Assembly (NCBI GenBank): GCA_003971905.1
Contig: RSEE01000066.1
Location: 1 to 64,000, forward strand
Length of the DNA stretch: 64,000 bases
DNA from: Moniliella sp. 'wahieum'
Taxonomy: Eukaryota
Reading direction: 5' to 3'
The notes under the pieces were generated by a model. It saw nothing but the letters and a program-made list of their open reading frames with translations, had not been told where the DNA came from and searched no databases. This document shows positions 12,544 to 24,738 of this stretch, piece after piece. Within the stretch, counting starts at the first letter, position 1. Each line of letters begins with the position of its first letter. The translations under genes were made by a program, and so were the position numbers.

Positions 12544-14145
12544 TCATGACCTGTGGTTCCACTGGCACGAGAAGGGCGTACTGGCCTCGTTGTGACGGTA
12601 TGTGTCCCGCAGCTGAACCACCGAGCCATACATCCCTCCGACAAAGAAGAAGAATCCAAGAAGAATAAGGAAAGTGTTGAGGATGCTCAGTGCGATGTTC
12701 TTGGCCGAGCTGTTCCAGGCGCCTTCGCGCAAGAGGTAGAACCAAATGAAGCCTGGCAAATAGAACGAGAAGCCGGACACACAAATGGCAGAGATGATGC
12801 TAAGAATGAGGCTGAATGCCGGGATGGCCTCAGCAACCACCCAGCCAATCACGGTCAAGCCAAATACAATCGCCACCCACGCCCCAATTCCAAGAGGGGT
12901 CGAGATGTACTTGTGAGGCGTGTTTTTGAAGATGCGGTGATGCACATAACGGGCAGCTGCAACCGTGTTGATCGAGCCCGACACAAAGATGACGACCAAA
13001 GCAATACCAAATCCGACCCGACGAACAGTGTGGCTAGATGCCAGAAGCGCAGGGGAAGGCACCCCCTTGCCCACGAAGGCGTAAATCAAGGCGCCAGTCA
13101 GAATGTAGATGATCCACTCCGCTGCCATCAGCAACGAAACCGACTAGCAGAGGCACCCGGGTCAGTATCCTGTGGCTAATGGAGGTAATGCCAAATCAGG
13201 GGAAGGGGGATGTTCATGTACCTTCATGTAGTCTTTACGGTTCTTGAGTTCGGTTTGGAACGAGGGTTGGTTGACTACAAAACTGAAGGCAAAGGCGATG
13301 TTGACAACCGCCACAATACTTCAGAAAATGGAGGGCTTGGGTTGGTCGGGGCGCCGACCCAGATATCAATTCCCTTACCACCGTGGGAAGACACACCTGG
13401 TGTGGAGCAAAAACGAGAATCAGTAAAGAGATATACACTAGGACGCTGAATGAGTTTGGGAGAGGAAGAAAAGACGTACCAGTAGCAATGATGGTAATCA
13501 AGATGCTGGTGATGATGCTGATAAAGTCGGCCACGCCAAGCCAGGATTGCTCAGAAAAGGATCGGGGCAGGGCGAGGATAAACAAGACGATGGCAGAGAC
13601 ACCAGACCAGAGAAGGTTGCACCCCCGCTGATCGGAAATTGTCTCCAATGCAATGGCGCCCGTGAGAGCGTGGCTACCGTTGGCGAGCGTTAGGAAGACG
13701 ACGAAGGCAATTCCGCACAGCTCACCGCCCCAGGCCCCCACATAAGGGCAACCAGATCATTGTAAGAGACCACACGGTCAGCATATTTGTTGCTGGCCGC
13801 GCCCACAACATAGGCGGTGTAGAGGGTGAGGAGCCCAACGACAAAGGTGATAATCACACCGGCTACCATGCCGACCGTGTCGTAGGATGCTGGGAGGGAC
13901 AAACTGCCAAGCGCAACCGCCTCGACGAGCAAGAGCAAGCCCAGTTGAAACCAGGACAACTTTTTGTATTTGGCAGAATCAGCATTCTTCGGGTCAAAAA
14001 AGGCCTCCTCAATGGTCTGGTCCGGGTGGCCTTCTCCCTTGGCGTGGCTGTAGCCGTTCTTGCTTGAGATGGATGTTTGATCGTAGCCTGCGCTTGGGCT
14101 GTGATCGCCGGAGAACTTATCCGAATGAGGACTGTAGACCGACAT
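12544..14145 (-). CDS. neutral amino-acid permease, AAAP/Aa_trans family (Mtr-like)
   Basis: YKKLSWFQLGLLLLVEAVALGSLSLP, GMVAGVIIT, GSHALTGAIA, WVVAEAIPAFSLILSIISA, SGFSFYLPGFIWF, with multiple TM helices. Introns about 13397-13479 and 13144-13221. TATA-like element near 14430. Confidence 0.92.
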
Positions 14146-16228
14146 GGGAAAAGTGTGGGCGGAAATGTGCACGAGATGGAGTGATATGGACGGTAAATGG
14201 GCGAAGGTTCTTGTTGAAGCTTGGTGCGAAGGGGGCTAGGGAGAAGCTTCAAGGTTCGAGAGTGGGCGTCGGGCCACGGAAGGAAAGCACACGGCACACC
14301 AAGTGAAGATCTTGTGCGAATTGGCTGCTTGCTGGGTCGGGCAAAGCGGTAGAGGGACGAGAGTAGGGTGCGGGTGTTTGAAGCGGGAAAGAACAAAAAG
14401 AGGTGTGGAGTCGGGGGGATGTTGCCTCTTATAAATAAACCCGCGTCAGAGAGAATTTTGGGAGGCCCGCCACGCACACTCCTGCTCAGAGACAGAGGGA
14501 GGCAAGAGGCAGAAGGCACTATAGTTTTGGCGTGTGGCTGTGGGATTAGGGAGGCGACTGGACAGTGCACGGATGAAAAGGCGGTCTCACGCAGCGCGCA
14601 CGCAATCTTACCCAAACCACAGCAGGCAGATGCCGGCTGTAAGCGCTACGATCTAACAGGGCCTCAGGCCTCACGAGTGCCTCACGGCATGTGCTGACAC
14701 CTGGCAGGCCTGGGCGCTGCTGGTTAGTGGTTCCTGGTCCCGCCGCTTCGGCAAAATAGCTCGCACCACGGGACAAACGGATACGAGGCTGGATGCGGGG
14801 GCACAGGCGCCGTGCCTTGGACCGGAGGTTCAGCGCCTTGTGGGAGAGGAGGAGTGTGGCCAGTGTGGTGAGACGGTGACCGGTGACACGCAATCATTAA
14901 TCATCGATGATCAATTTTTGTTTTTCTTTTTCGCTCGACACAGTAGAGTCACCAAGCCTTTTCCCCCCTTCGGCCTTAGAGCGTGTCTGCGCCGATGGAT
15001 CTACTGTCCATGTCCCCGCGCATCAATCAAAGGCACCGAGACGGCGCTGCTGGCAGACGCTTGAACTTCCAGCTTCAAGCCCCCTCCACCACGCGCCATC
15101 CTATACTTACTGCACCCAACGCCATAGCCCCCCTGCGGTATATGACCACACCCACACCCACTACTGCCATGATGCCAGCCATGCCATTCTGGACGAATCT
15201 TGCGCGGCGAATTCATCCCAAGTAGTGTGGAGCGCGGTGCCTCAGACTTCAAGGGGCCATATATTTCTTACCGAGTCGCATCCTACTACTTTTACGAAGC
15301 TTTTGTGGAGACAGGGTTAAAACTCGTGTAAAGCCACAGCAATAATCAACTGTGGATGCAGGTTTGCCCATAGGTACGAAATGCCCACCGAGGGATGTGA
15401 TCGGTACACCAACCGAATGTACAGTCTTGTGTGCAGCACAGGACTGGGGGGCGGGGTCAACGTGTCACATGTCAGTCAACTTTGGGGGAGAAACGAGCAC
15501 GTCATTTGTTGGAGCAAGACACGAAACGTCCTCCAACATACCTACGGTCCTGAGATCTGAGATCTGAGAGGCCCTGAGGCCTCCTGGGGCTGAAGCCGCC
15601 ATACTGCGGCCAGAAGCCCGAGACCCTGAGACCTAAGAGGCTGATGAGGCGTTGAGGCACTGAGGGGTCCTCAGTTTTGGCGCATTAGGGGCGGCCTCCG
15701 CCTGAGCAGGCCTCCTGGTCGGTCACACGCGGGTCACGTCGACCTGAAGGCCTGAACGTCAGCTTGAACTCTCTAGAGCTTGAACCTGGACAAGCCACAG
15801 CAGCAGGCCAAAGCCACGTGGTGCGCTGCATTATTTGGGCAGATCACGGAATGACAAGTGCTCGGCTTATTGCGCAGCGTCTGACGTTTGTTAACGTTTT
15901 GAACGGTCGTATACTGTTTTGGACCTGTCCATGCATAGTGCAAAACGTATCGGCGCTACCTGCGCCAGGGGCGCACAGTCCAGGCGGTAGCCACGGCCCA
16001 TCGTCAATTGCCCGGCACGCGTAGGACACTCTCTAGCCCCAGGGGCAAACCGTAGGTAGCTAACGCTGGGGAGAACGTGAGATGAAACATTCACCGCCAC
16101 GAAAAAAACTTGGATCACCCATTCTGGGTCGCGAGGCGGAAGGGCGGCGAGGGCAGATTCCGCTGCCACGTTGCGTCATGGGTGGCGCGGCGATACGCAT
16201 TCAGGCCGCCCAGCCGCCGCCATCCGCC

Positions 16229-16598
16229 ATGTCCTCGACGGCTGCACGCACGTACGAGCAGCAGAACGACGCTGCCCTGGGCGCCCTCCACTCCCAGGTG
16301 CGCAATCTGGTGCGTATCCTCCACTCCTCTGCGCTGCTCCGCGCGGCGCTGCTCCCTGACCACGCCGCCCCCACCCTCGCTCCAGCACGCGGTCACCGTC
16401 GACATCCACGCCGATGCCGAGGCCCAGCGCACCTCGCTCCTTCCTGGGGCCGAGCGCGCGCTCGATGGCCTCGGACGCAGCCTGCAGCGCTCCTCGACCA
16501 GTCTTACCCAAAAGGTGGTCAATCTGCAGGGCTGGCGCCTCACGTTGACCGTCATGGCCAGCGTCATCTTGCTCTGGTTGGTTTGGCGCCTGGTGTGA
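16229..16598 (+). CDS. BET1: Bet1-like Qc-SNARE (ER-Golgi), two exons
   Basis: MSSTAARTYEQQNDAALGALHSQVRNL|HAVTVDIHADAEAQ matches the Bet1 SNARE motif (EqqND..L..L...V..L..VT.DI). C-terminal TM segment LTLTVMASVILLWLVWRLV. In-frame intron 16310-16385 (GTGCGT...CTGAC...CAG). Confidence 0.8.
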
Positions 16599-16769
16599 GC
16601 CCAGCGACGACGATCCCTCGCATGCTGCGTCTTGTTGTGCAACGATGATATACGATACCCTTGACTATCTGCTAGGTCTGTCCTGTCCTGGTCCAATGTA
16701 CTGGGGAAAGGAGGATGGATGAAGGAAGGGAAAAACTAAACCAGTAGCCACAGCGGTGGGACCACGACG

Positions 16770-18932
16770 TCAAACCGAGAGCTTAGCCAGCTGCTCCTTC
16801 AGCTGCAGCAACTCTTGGACGCTGGCCTCGACAGCCGCCTGCTTGGAGTCATCCGCTTTGGCTGCCGCCTTAGCCTCGCGCACGGCCACGCCCTGTGCTT
16901 CAATCTTGGCCTGCAACGCCTTGGCTTCGGGAGTGTTGGGGATCTTGGCCGCCGCCGCCGCCTCTGCTTCCTTTTTGGCCTTTTTCGCAAGCTTGGCTGC
17001 TTGTGATTTACTCAGAGCCGGTTTGGCCGTCTCCTCCTTGGCTTGAGCTCCGCCAAACTGGGTCCGCCACACCTCTTCCATTTTGGGATCGATGGGCTTG
17101 AAAAGGTGCTTAGGCTTGCCGATCGTGTGATCGGCCAGTAGCTCTGGCGGGGCCCAATGGCCGATACCACCCTTCTGTCCGGCCTCTGGGGGAAGGGGTA
17201 GAGCCCGCGTGGTGCGTTGAGCTGAACCAAAATGTCATTGGCGGTCGACGGCATAAAGGGCGCAACGACGGCACTGAGAAGGTAGATGAGGCTGACTGTC
17301 GCATGAACCACGGCGTTGCACGTGGTGGGATGCTCGACAAACAGCGCCTTGGTCAGCTTGGACTCGGTTAAAAACAGGTTGCCCCGGGCCGAGATGGCCA
17401 TTGCGGTTTGAAGCCCAGCGCGCAACCGGGCCGCCTCCATATGGTCCGCATACTGGCCCAGCAGCACATTGACGTCCTTGACCAGCGCCGCGTAGAGCGC
17501 GCGTGTCCTTCGGTCTTGGCATCGGTAAGCTCGGCTGGAACGGGAGGCAAGATCCCTTGGTAGTTCTTGGCAACAAATGTCAGAACGCGGTTGACAAAGT
17601 TGCCCAGATTGGCCAAGAGTTCATTGTTGTTGCGCGCAATAAACTCGGCCCAGGAGAACTGGGAATCCGCCGTTTCAGGCCGGTTGGCCAAGAGATAGTA
17701 CCGCCATACGCTGGCCGGTACCCCTGTCTCGGCCGCCTTATCACCAAATACTCCAACGTTGCGGCTCTTGCTGAACTTGCCTCCTTCGTACTGGAGGTAC
17801 TCGGTTGTGCTTGATGTGCTGATCGTTGCAGTTGGTCCACTTGTCCTTGGTGCCAATCAACGTCGAGGGGAAGATGACAGTATGGAAGCGAACATTGTCC
17901 TTTCCCATAAACTGGTACAGCGACACTTGCTCCGGGCTCTTCCACCACGCCTCCCATACCCTCGGCGCATAGTTGGCCGTGATGGATGGATAGCCAATCG
18001 GTGCATCGTACCACACGTAAAATACCTTGTCCTCGTACCCGGGCAATGGCACCTTCACCCCCCACTTGAGATCACGCGTCAGACTAAACGGTCGCAGGCC
18101 TTCCTTAAACCAGCTCTCGGTAATGTGGACAGAGTTGCTGCTCCAGCCTCCTTCGACGGCCGCTTGGCGCGCCCACGTCTCGGTCGCTGGTTGGAGCAAG
18201 TCGATGCGGAGAAAGATATGTTTGGTCTCTTTGGGAGCTGGGGTCGAGTTGCACGTCTTGCACGCGGATGCTTCAGCTCCATCGCATCGTACAAGGAGCC
18301 ACACTTGTCGCACTGATCGCCACGTGCATCTTCGTAACCACACTTGGGACAAATTCCCTCCACGTAACGGTCCGCCAGGAAGCGCTGGTCCTTGTCGCAG
18401 TACAGTTGGGTGATGGTGCGCTCCTCGACAAAGCCATTGGCATGGAGCTTGAGAAAGATGTCTTGGGCAATTTCGTTTGCCACTCGGTCGTGGTGCGGCC
18501 AAAATAGTCAAACCCAATATCAAACCAGTCGTAGGCAATCTATGAAGGGCGTGGTACTTATCCACCAGCTCCTGTGGCGTCACACCATCTTCCAATGCTT
18601 TGGTTTCGGGTCGCCGTGCCGTACTCGTCCGTGCCACAAGTACAACGTGTTGCGGTTGCGCGAGCGGCTTGTAACGAGCAACACATCCGCACTCAACGTC
18701 GATCCAATGATGTTGCCGAGATGGGGCACATTGTTGCATAGGAAGGGCGGAGAGGTGATGAGACATTGCGCTCGGCATCGCGGCGCTCCGCAAGGGCACC
18801 GAGGAGGAGGGTGGGAGAGATCTGGGTGGGCGCAGAGGGCCGTGTACTTGGCTGGTGCGACGGAAGGCGCACGTGCTGGGGACCAGAAGGTGTGGGGGTC
18901 GTGGGAAACGGGCTGGCGGAGAGAGAGCCCAT
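16770..18932 (-). CDS. MES1: cytosolic methionyl-tRNA synthetase with C-terminal WHEP domain; frameshifted
   Basis: HIGH-type [17 protein letters not shown]; zinc knuckle [71 protein letters not shown]-type [34 protein letters not shown]. Start codon approximate. Confidence 0.96.
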
Positions 18933-19637
18933 CGCGGCTGACGAGTAGAGGGGGGCGGTGGTGTGGGCGTCGCTGCCTTTGGCGCGCAACCCGGCTTGGG
19001 ACTTGGAGATTTGTGCACTTGTGACTCACAACTCGAATACTGCCCCGGAAGATGGGATGATCATAATCAATTGACGCAGGCAACGAACGTGCACAGTTTC
19101 AAATTTGACCCCGTTATAGTATCCGGCGGGTTGCGAAACGTTGCACGCCATTGGATTTTGGAGTGGCTGCGGAGGCTCCACAGTAGATACGAGATGGAAT
19201 AACGAGAAGGGGCAGCTGGCTGATTATGCAGATCGTTCTCCCTCGTTCCATATGGTGGGGCCTTTACTGCTTCCCATTGAATTTCGCTGTCCGGTTTGTG
19301 CACACATGTGACGCTACGCAAAAGCCAACCCTTGGAAGAAATATATATGGGGGGGTGTGGAGAGTGCATTTCCCTCAATACTACATAGGCTCGTTCCAGG
19401 ACTTAAGGCTTGGTCTCTTGACTGAAGTCGAATGTTGAGGGTCATCAATTGATCCAAGCGCAACCATTGGACTCTCATTCAAGCAGTATCTTGTTTGTGA
19501 CGTCGGAGGGTGGATAAGGAGAATAGGCAAACTCGCTTTCATCCTGTCCAATCTCGGTTAGCAGTTCACAGTTCAGACGTTTAGACAATCCTTTTGGTTC
19601 TGTGTAAGTATACTTCTCCTTGCTCTACAAACAAAAA

Positions 19638-19836
19638 AGGAGCGGCAAAGAGAGTGTGTGTGGGGCGCCACACTGCACGCTGGCACTGTATAACGACAAA
19701 AGCCCCGGGGTTCTCCTGTTCAATCGGAAAGCACACGAAACGTATAGACAATGTATTGGTACAGCTTCCATATCCCCGATGGACAAGGAACGAGAGAACG
19801 AATAAAAGGGGCGGGACATTCAGCTTGTATACAATT
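19638..19836 (+). ncRNA. candidate intronic H/ACA-box snoRNA
   Basis: Lies in a GTAAGT (19604)...GCTCAC...CAG (19874) intron-like segment with no credible ORF. The layout is hairpin (AGGAG/CTCCT), ANANNA box AGACAA (19746-19751), second hairpin (TACAGCT/AGCTTGTA, TCCC/GGGA), then ACA at 19831, 14 nt below the upper stem. No target identified. Confidence 0.3.
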
Positions 19837-19904
19837 CCCAAGGCTCACACTCACTTCCTTCTTGTCCGCAACAGCAGAGGTCTTCAACCAGAGGCCGCTT
19901 TCTC

Positions 19905-21776
19905 TATTCACGCTTAGGGCTCGACAGTCTGTTCTTCACGAGCCGGCCCGCCGTACTCTTCGTCGTCGTTGGTGCTTCCGCACCAACTCTTCCAGCATCA
20001 CCATTGCGTCGTGCGCCGTATCCGTTCTACGGGCACGGTCGTGTCTTGCACTGTAGACGGCATAATCCCATGGTCCTCATCCCACCACCAACAAAATGGA
20101 GTCGGGACGATCGAGAACCGCCGCGACGTCCGTGTCGACGGTTGGGCACAAGCCCATTGCGTACAAACTTCTTCAGGGAGTTAGTTTTGTGCCAAAAGGG
20201 CTGATTGCGCCGTGCCACTGGCAAGCGACCCAGCCTGCTTCACGATAGGCGTCTGCGGGGGGATCGCCATGGTTGGTCGGGGAGTGGCAAGGGTCGATTT
20301 CTCCCCTCAAGTCCTTGTGCAGCTTGCACCACAATTGGAGTTTGTGGGGGCAGCGCAATAGTTAGACGTGGTACGGAATCAGCTTTAACCACGGTGGACT
20401 GAGGTAGGGTGCAACTTGATGTGCCGTCACACGGAGTAGATGCATTTGTTTTGGACCCCTGCGTAGGCGATACCACGATTGGGGTCTGTGGGGGTAACGC
20501 CATAATGGGACAGGATGCCACTTGTTGACTGAATGTCTCTGGATTGGCTTTGGCCCGCGCGCTTTGCATCACAAAGGTGTTTGCGGTGGGATAGCCGTGG
20601 TGGGACGCGGTGTAGGGGCTTGAAACATGGTGACAGAAGGTTGATTGGCATTAGTCCCTGTCTTCTTCACAGCCGGACTAGGACTGGGTGCAAAAGGGAG
20701 TGTTGTACCGCTGGCTCTGTTGGCATTGGTCGCTGCAACTGTCACGGGGCGAGGGAGAACGCGGGGACAGAAGGGTCGCGGCACCACATCTGGTTCAGAT
20801 CCAGAGCCTTTCTCGGACTCTTTCTCTGTCTGGGCTTTGTCCCTCATCTCGTGCCTGCGACTGAGCACGATGGGAGCAGATGGGGGCAACGCAATGGTAG
20901 GTCCAACAGGTTTGGTGACACTCTCCTCCGTCACCCGTTTATCTGGAACACAAACAGGGTGAGTGCTTAGGTCTGGAAGAGCTGGAAGGGTCGTAATGAA
21001 CGTACACACGGGGAAAAGGGTGACCCTATCTTTATTGCCGTGGCGATCGACCACCGCGACCGATGCCGATACGCAGGGCGAGCCATCAGGCGAAACCAGG
21101 CAGAAACGGCTCCGAGGCGAATCTTTGGGTTGGCCATACAAGCCTGAGGCGGAGGTGTGGCATAGTAGAGAAAATACAAAAATGAAGTCAGTTCTGAGCA
21201 ATGCTTAGGGGGCAGGCGGTGGATAAGTACAATGCGAAGAGAGTTGGATATCACCAGCAATGGGTAAATTGGAAGGCGAGGTAACGTATTGTTGCGAAGG
21301 CGCTGGATGCGTGGGGTCGGCAGCTGCGGCTGACCCTACAGCAGAGGGAAAGAGGATACGGACTGAGTGTTGGTTTGGGCTTGGAGGAGGGAGTGGGTGT
21401 AGTGGCGAGCGGCGAGATTAGCTTCGTGCTGGACGCGTTTGACTTGGTTTTCGGCTTGAGCACGGAACATTCGTTCGGCATTAAGTTTGCTGTGCAGAAG
21501 GTCCGTGGCACGGGTGCGAGTGGCCAGCACACGACGTAGACGGCGTGGTGCAGAGGCACGGCCGATAAGAAGGGTGGCAAGGCCAGTAGTGCCGGCAGCG
21601 GTGGCGAGGAGGAGGGTGAGGGTAGGCGCCGAGGGCGGGGTGGGCGACGGGCGCAGCTGGTGGGCGACGGACTGGGCCCAGGAGCGAGATGCAAGTGACG
21701 GAGCCAGCGGGGGCATATGTGAAGGAGGACGATGGGGGGTGGCGGCCGGGGGAGGAGGGGTGATGGGGGGTTGCAT
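19905..21776 (-). CDS. hypothetical Pro/Thr-rich protein with a hydrophobic segment, short coiled coil and repeated LPPQTPIVV motifs
   Basis: TATAAA on the minus strand at about 21791-21796 and ATG at 21776 (MQPPITPPPP). A hydrophobic stretch LTLLLATAAGTTGLATLLIG is followed by a coiled-coil-like segment. Downstream ORF pieces share the repeat. Exon structure and 3' end uncertain. Confidence 0.45.
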
Positions 21777-23343
21777 TTGCGGGGGAGGGTTTTATACGAA
21801 TATGAGGATCGGCTTAAACGATAAAGGGGGCGGGGTTAGGAGGCGGGTGGGAGCAGGGGGATAAACATATGAATCGTATTCTGCTCCGATCGTGCGGAGG
21901 TGAGAGGGCATATAGGGAGGGCACACAAAACCACGATCACCCTCAGAAAGCGTCCTCCGTCATATTCGGCAGCGTAATATATGCGGTCGTAGCCGACGCT
22001 ATCACCCACACAGAGCTGATGCGTATGGCTCGACAGCTATTTCCCTGCCATCCCATCCCGCCCGCCACAGGCACATCCCCTCCCGGACCCATCAGTACAT
22101 CTATTCCGTCCTCAATTTTGTCAGGCCCAGGCCTCGTCAGGTACTTCGGTCAGAGTGTGGGGCACTCATTTACCCCAGCATATGCTAAGCCATAATCCAT
22201 CATCCATCCCCATCATTTCATCGCTGATGTGCCGCGTAATCCCCGCTCCAGCACAGACCACTGCGTTCTTAGCGGCCCCCCTCTGTCCAGACCAAATAAG
22301 CCCTCCCCTCCCCTGAGGCCTGATGGTCTGATACCAGACCATGCCAGACCCCCGTTTCGTCCCTGGCGTTGCGCAGCAGGTGCTGAGTTGGGGCTATTTG
22401 CAGTGCACTGGCAGATTAGCGGCAACAACTATAAAATCCACACACACACTGCACCTCCGTCCCCGTGGCCTGACCGCGGCATAATGCACGGTAGTTGTAC
22501 TTGGTTAAGCACCCGCCCCGCGTGTGCCCAGTACCGCCTTCCGTCTCCCTCGCATTAATATTAACAGCTCATTTTGCTGCACAGGGCAAAGCAAGAGTCC
22601 GCGGCGTTACGCGTTACGTCTGAATCTGACCACAGAAGCTGCAGTGGCCACAGTGCCCCGCACCGCATCTCCCCGCCCCGCATCACGCGTGTTTAAGAAT
22701 TAAGGCGTTTTTATCCAACACATCCCGGACAACTATACAATTAAACGCTTTGCCAGCCCATTCATATTCACCCACGATACTGTGGAGTTTGTTGTACCCG
22801 TACAGTGTGCCTGGTTGGAGGAGGAGTACATCGAGCGCGACTCGATTTATCCCGATGCCGAGAGAGTGGCCCTAGCTTTCTAGAACTGCCAGCAAAGGAA
22901 ATGTGAGGGAATAAGCCCGGTAGCGTGGGAAAGGGCAAGGTTCTCCACCGCTATACTATACAGCCAAATGCACCACAGCGGGGGAGAGCGTGTCTATGCA
23001 AGGGAAGGCACGCTGGAAAGCGTGCCGTCCAGGAGTAAAAGGTGTCAATAAGAGGGCAAAGGCCTACGGAGAGAAGAAGAGAGAGAGAGGAGGTGATGGA
23101 TCTATTCCAAGAGAGGAGCCCATTAGGGCAGACATAGGGGAGAGTCGGATAGAACAGCGCGATGCGTGATGCGTGATCAGCTGCATGCATGATGGCGCTG
23201 ACAAAAGGGCTAGCTTCTCACCCCTAAATCGCTACTCTAATCTCCACTATAATGGACAAAAATCAACAGTGGGACGAGGGATCAGATCCATATAGAAGCC
23301 TTTTCCGTCGTGCATTTTCACATTCGATGAATTATACGTACCA

Positions 23344-24053
23344 CGTTAGGTCCTGCTTCAGATCCTGGTAACGTTGAACCGTTCGAGCGGGTGTAGAGGC
23401 AAAGGGAGAGACCCTCTAGTTTGGGTGGCTGCCTGCGTGCAAAGGCCGCGGCTCAAACCCTCCGAGGTAGGAGCCGCGTACGTAGGTCTTAAGACCAATT
23501 GAAGGGGTCCAGGATCTCCGAAGTTACTTTGTTCCTCGCGGCTTACCACACCCGGTACGCTGTAGTAGGCGGGAACAGACAGAGTGGTGGTAAAGAAGAG
23601 CAAGCGCTATAGATAGTAACCGCAGCTTGCAGAGAATGGTCGACGCAAGTCGTAAATTCGTAAGAGTAAGGGTGAAGAGTGAGAGGGAAGGCGGGGGCAA
23701 GAAGACATGGGTTGGGCGGTGAGGATCACAGCCAGCAAGCCTCAGACAGGACTGCTTATATACCGTAACATCAAAACAGGCATTAACAGAAGGAAGGGAA
23801 TCTTAGTAAGAGGTAAAGGGCGGCCTGTTCTGACCGTACTGCGATCTTCTGGGTGCAGTAGATGTGGGGTTCTACCAAGACTGTACGCCGCGGATATAAG
23901 TCCGGTCCTTTCCTGACGCTTCGCGGAAATAGCCGCGACAAGTTGTTCGTGCTGACTCTTACTCACAAGTGTCGCGGGCTGGCGTGTGCTTCCATGAAAG
24001 GTCTACGAAATGGGGGGTTCGGTGTCCGGAGATGCACGGAGCGCCCCATAACA
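23344..24053 (-). mobile_element. degenerate LTR, family A (inverted homologue of the solo LTR at 43056-43914)
   Basis: The minus strand starts TGTTATGGGGCGCTCCG, versus TGTTACGGGCGCTCCG at 43056. It shares long blocks such as CTCTAGTTTGGGTGGCTGCCTGCG, GGTACGCTGTAG, GCGGGAACAGACAGAGT and AAGTCGTAAATTCGTAAG. Its other end is not recognisable. Confidence 0.85.
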
Positions 24054-24088
24054 AAATCGTTGAAATTACGAAGAACCCACACCACAGT

Positions 24089-24537
24089 TGTCACAGTCGG
24101 GGCTAATAAAATGCGAAGGAAGAGACCTGAGTCGAGACTAGATCAAGGAATGTAGCAATCGTTTGTGGGGACAACTAATAAACAACAACAAGGGCAGAGG
24201 ATATAACGGTCGATTTAGGCGTAGCGTTTCTCTTAAGCTTTATTTGTCAATGATATGGATGCATAGCGGAAGAACAGAGATAAAGAGAGCGAAACGTTCG
24301 AGACGAAGAAGTTGGAAATGGGCGTGAAAGATCAGCCAAACCATATACACCACCCTTTTGTACCCGAACGAGGGGAGCTATATAGGTGTTGTCGGCCGTC
24401 GGTTGCCCAGACGCTGAAGCTTGAAGCTGGAGCTCTGGATCCGCTGAAGCTTTTGAAGCTTGAAGCCTGCGTTGCACGAAAGGGGCAAGATGCATGTGAC
24501 GCGTGTGCCCATGTGGCGCTGTGGCCTGAGTGTGACA
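24089..24537. mobile_element. probable solo LTR, family B
   Basis: Begins TGTCACAGTCGGGG and ends GGCCTGAGTGTGACA (TG...CA with a short inverted terminus). Homologous to 26792-26980 and, in part, to 43948-44012. No clean TSD (ACAGT vs ACCAG). Confidence 0.6.
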
Positions 24538-24738
24538 ACCAGAGTCCAGACAGGGAAAGGACCGAGGGTCACATCCTTTAGTTCCATATGCGAGTACCCA
24601 TCAAAATCCGCCAACAACCCTACTGCTCCCCGACCTGAACACTACTGCTCCCCGATCCGCACTTGACGGGGGGGGGCTGGCTCGCCAATAATCGAGCATA
24701 TGACAGAGTCGCGTCGACGCGTCCCTCACCCACTTAAA

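Noticed and set aside
15103..15112. ATACTTACTG resembling the U1 snRNA 5' end
   Set aside because: Lacks the ACCTG continuation, the U1-70K and U1A loops and an Sm site.
19377..19600. U3, U14 or snR30 identity for the structured non-coding region
   Set aside because: The Box A-like ATACTACATAGGCTCG lacks GGATCA, there are no proper C/D boxes, and the snR30 m1/m2 motifs (TATTCC/AACC) are not matched.
19698..19850. RNase MRP-like AAAAGCCCCGG
   Set aside because: The P4 5' strand lacks the conserved U, and there is no matching GGGGCTYA 3' strand.
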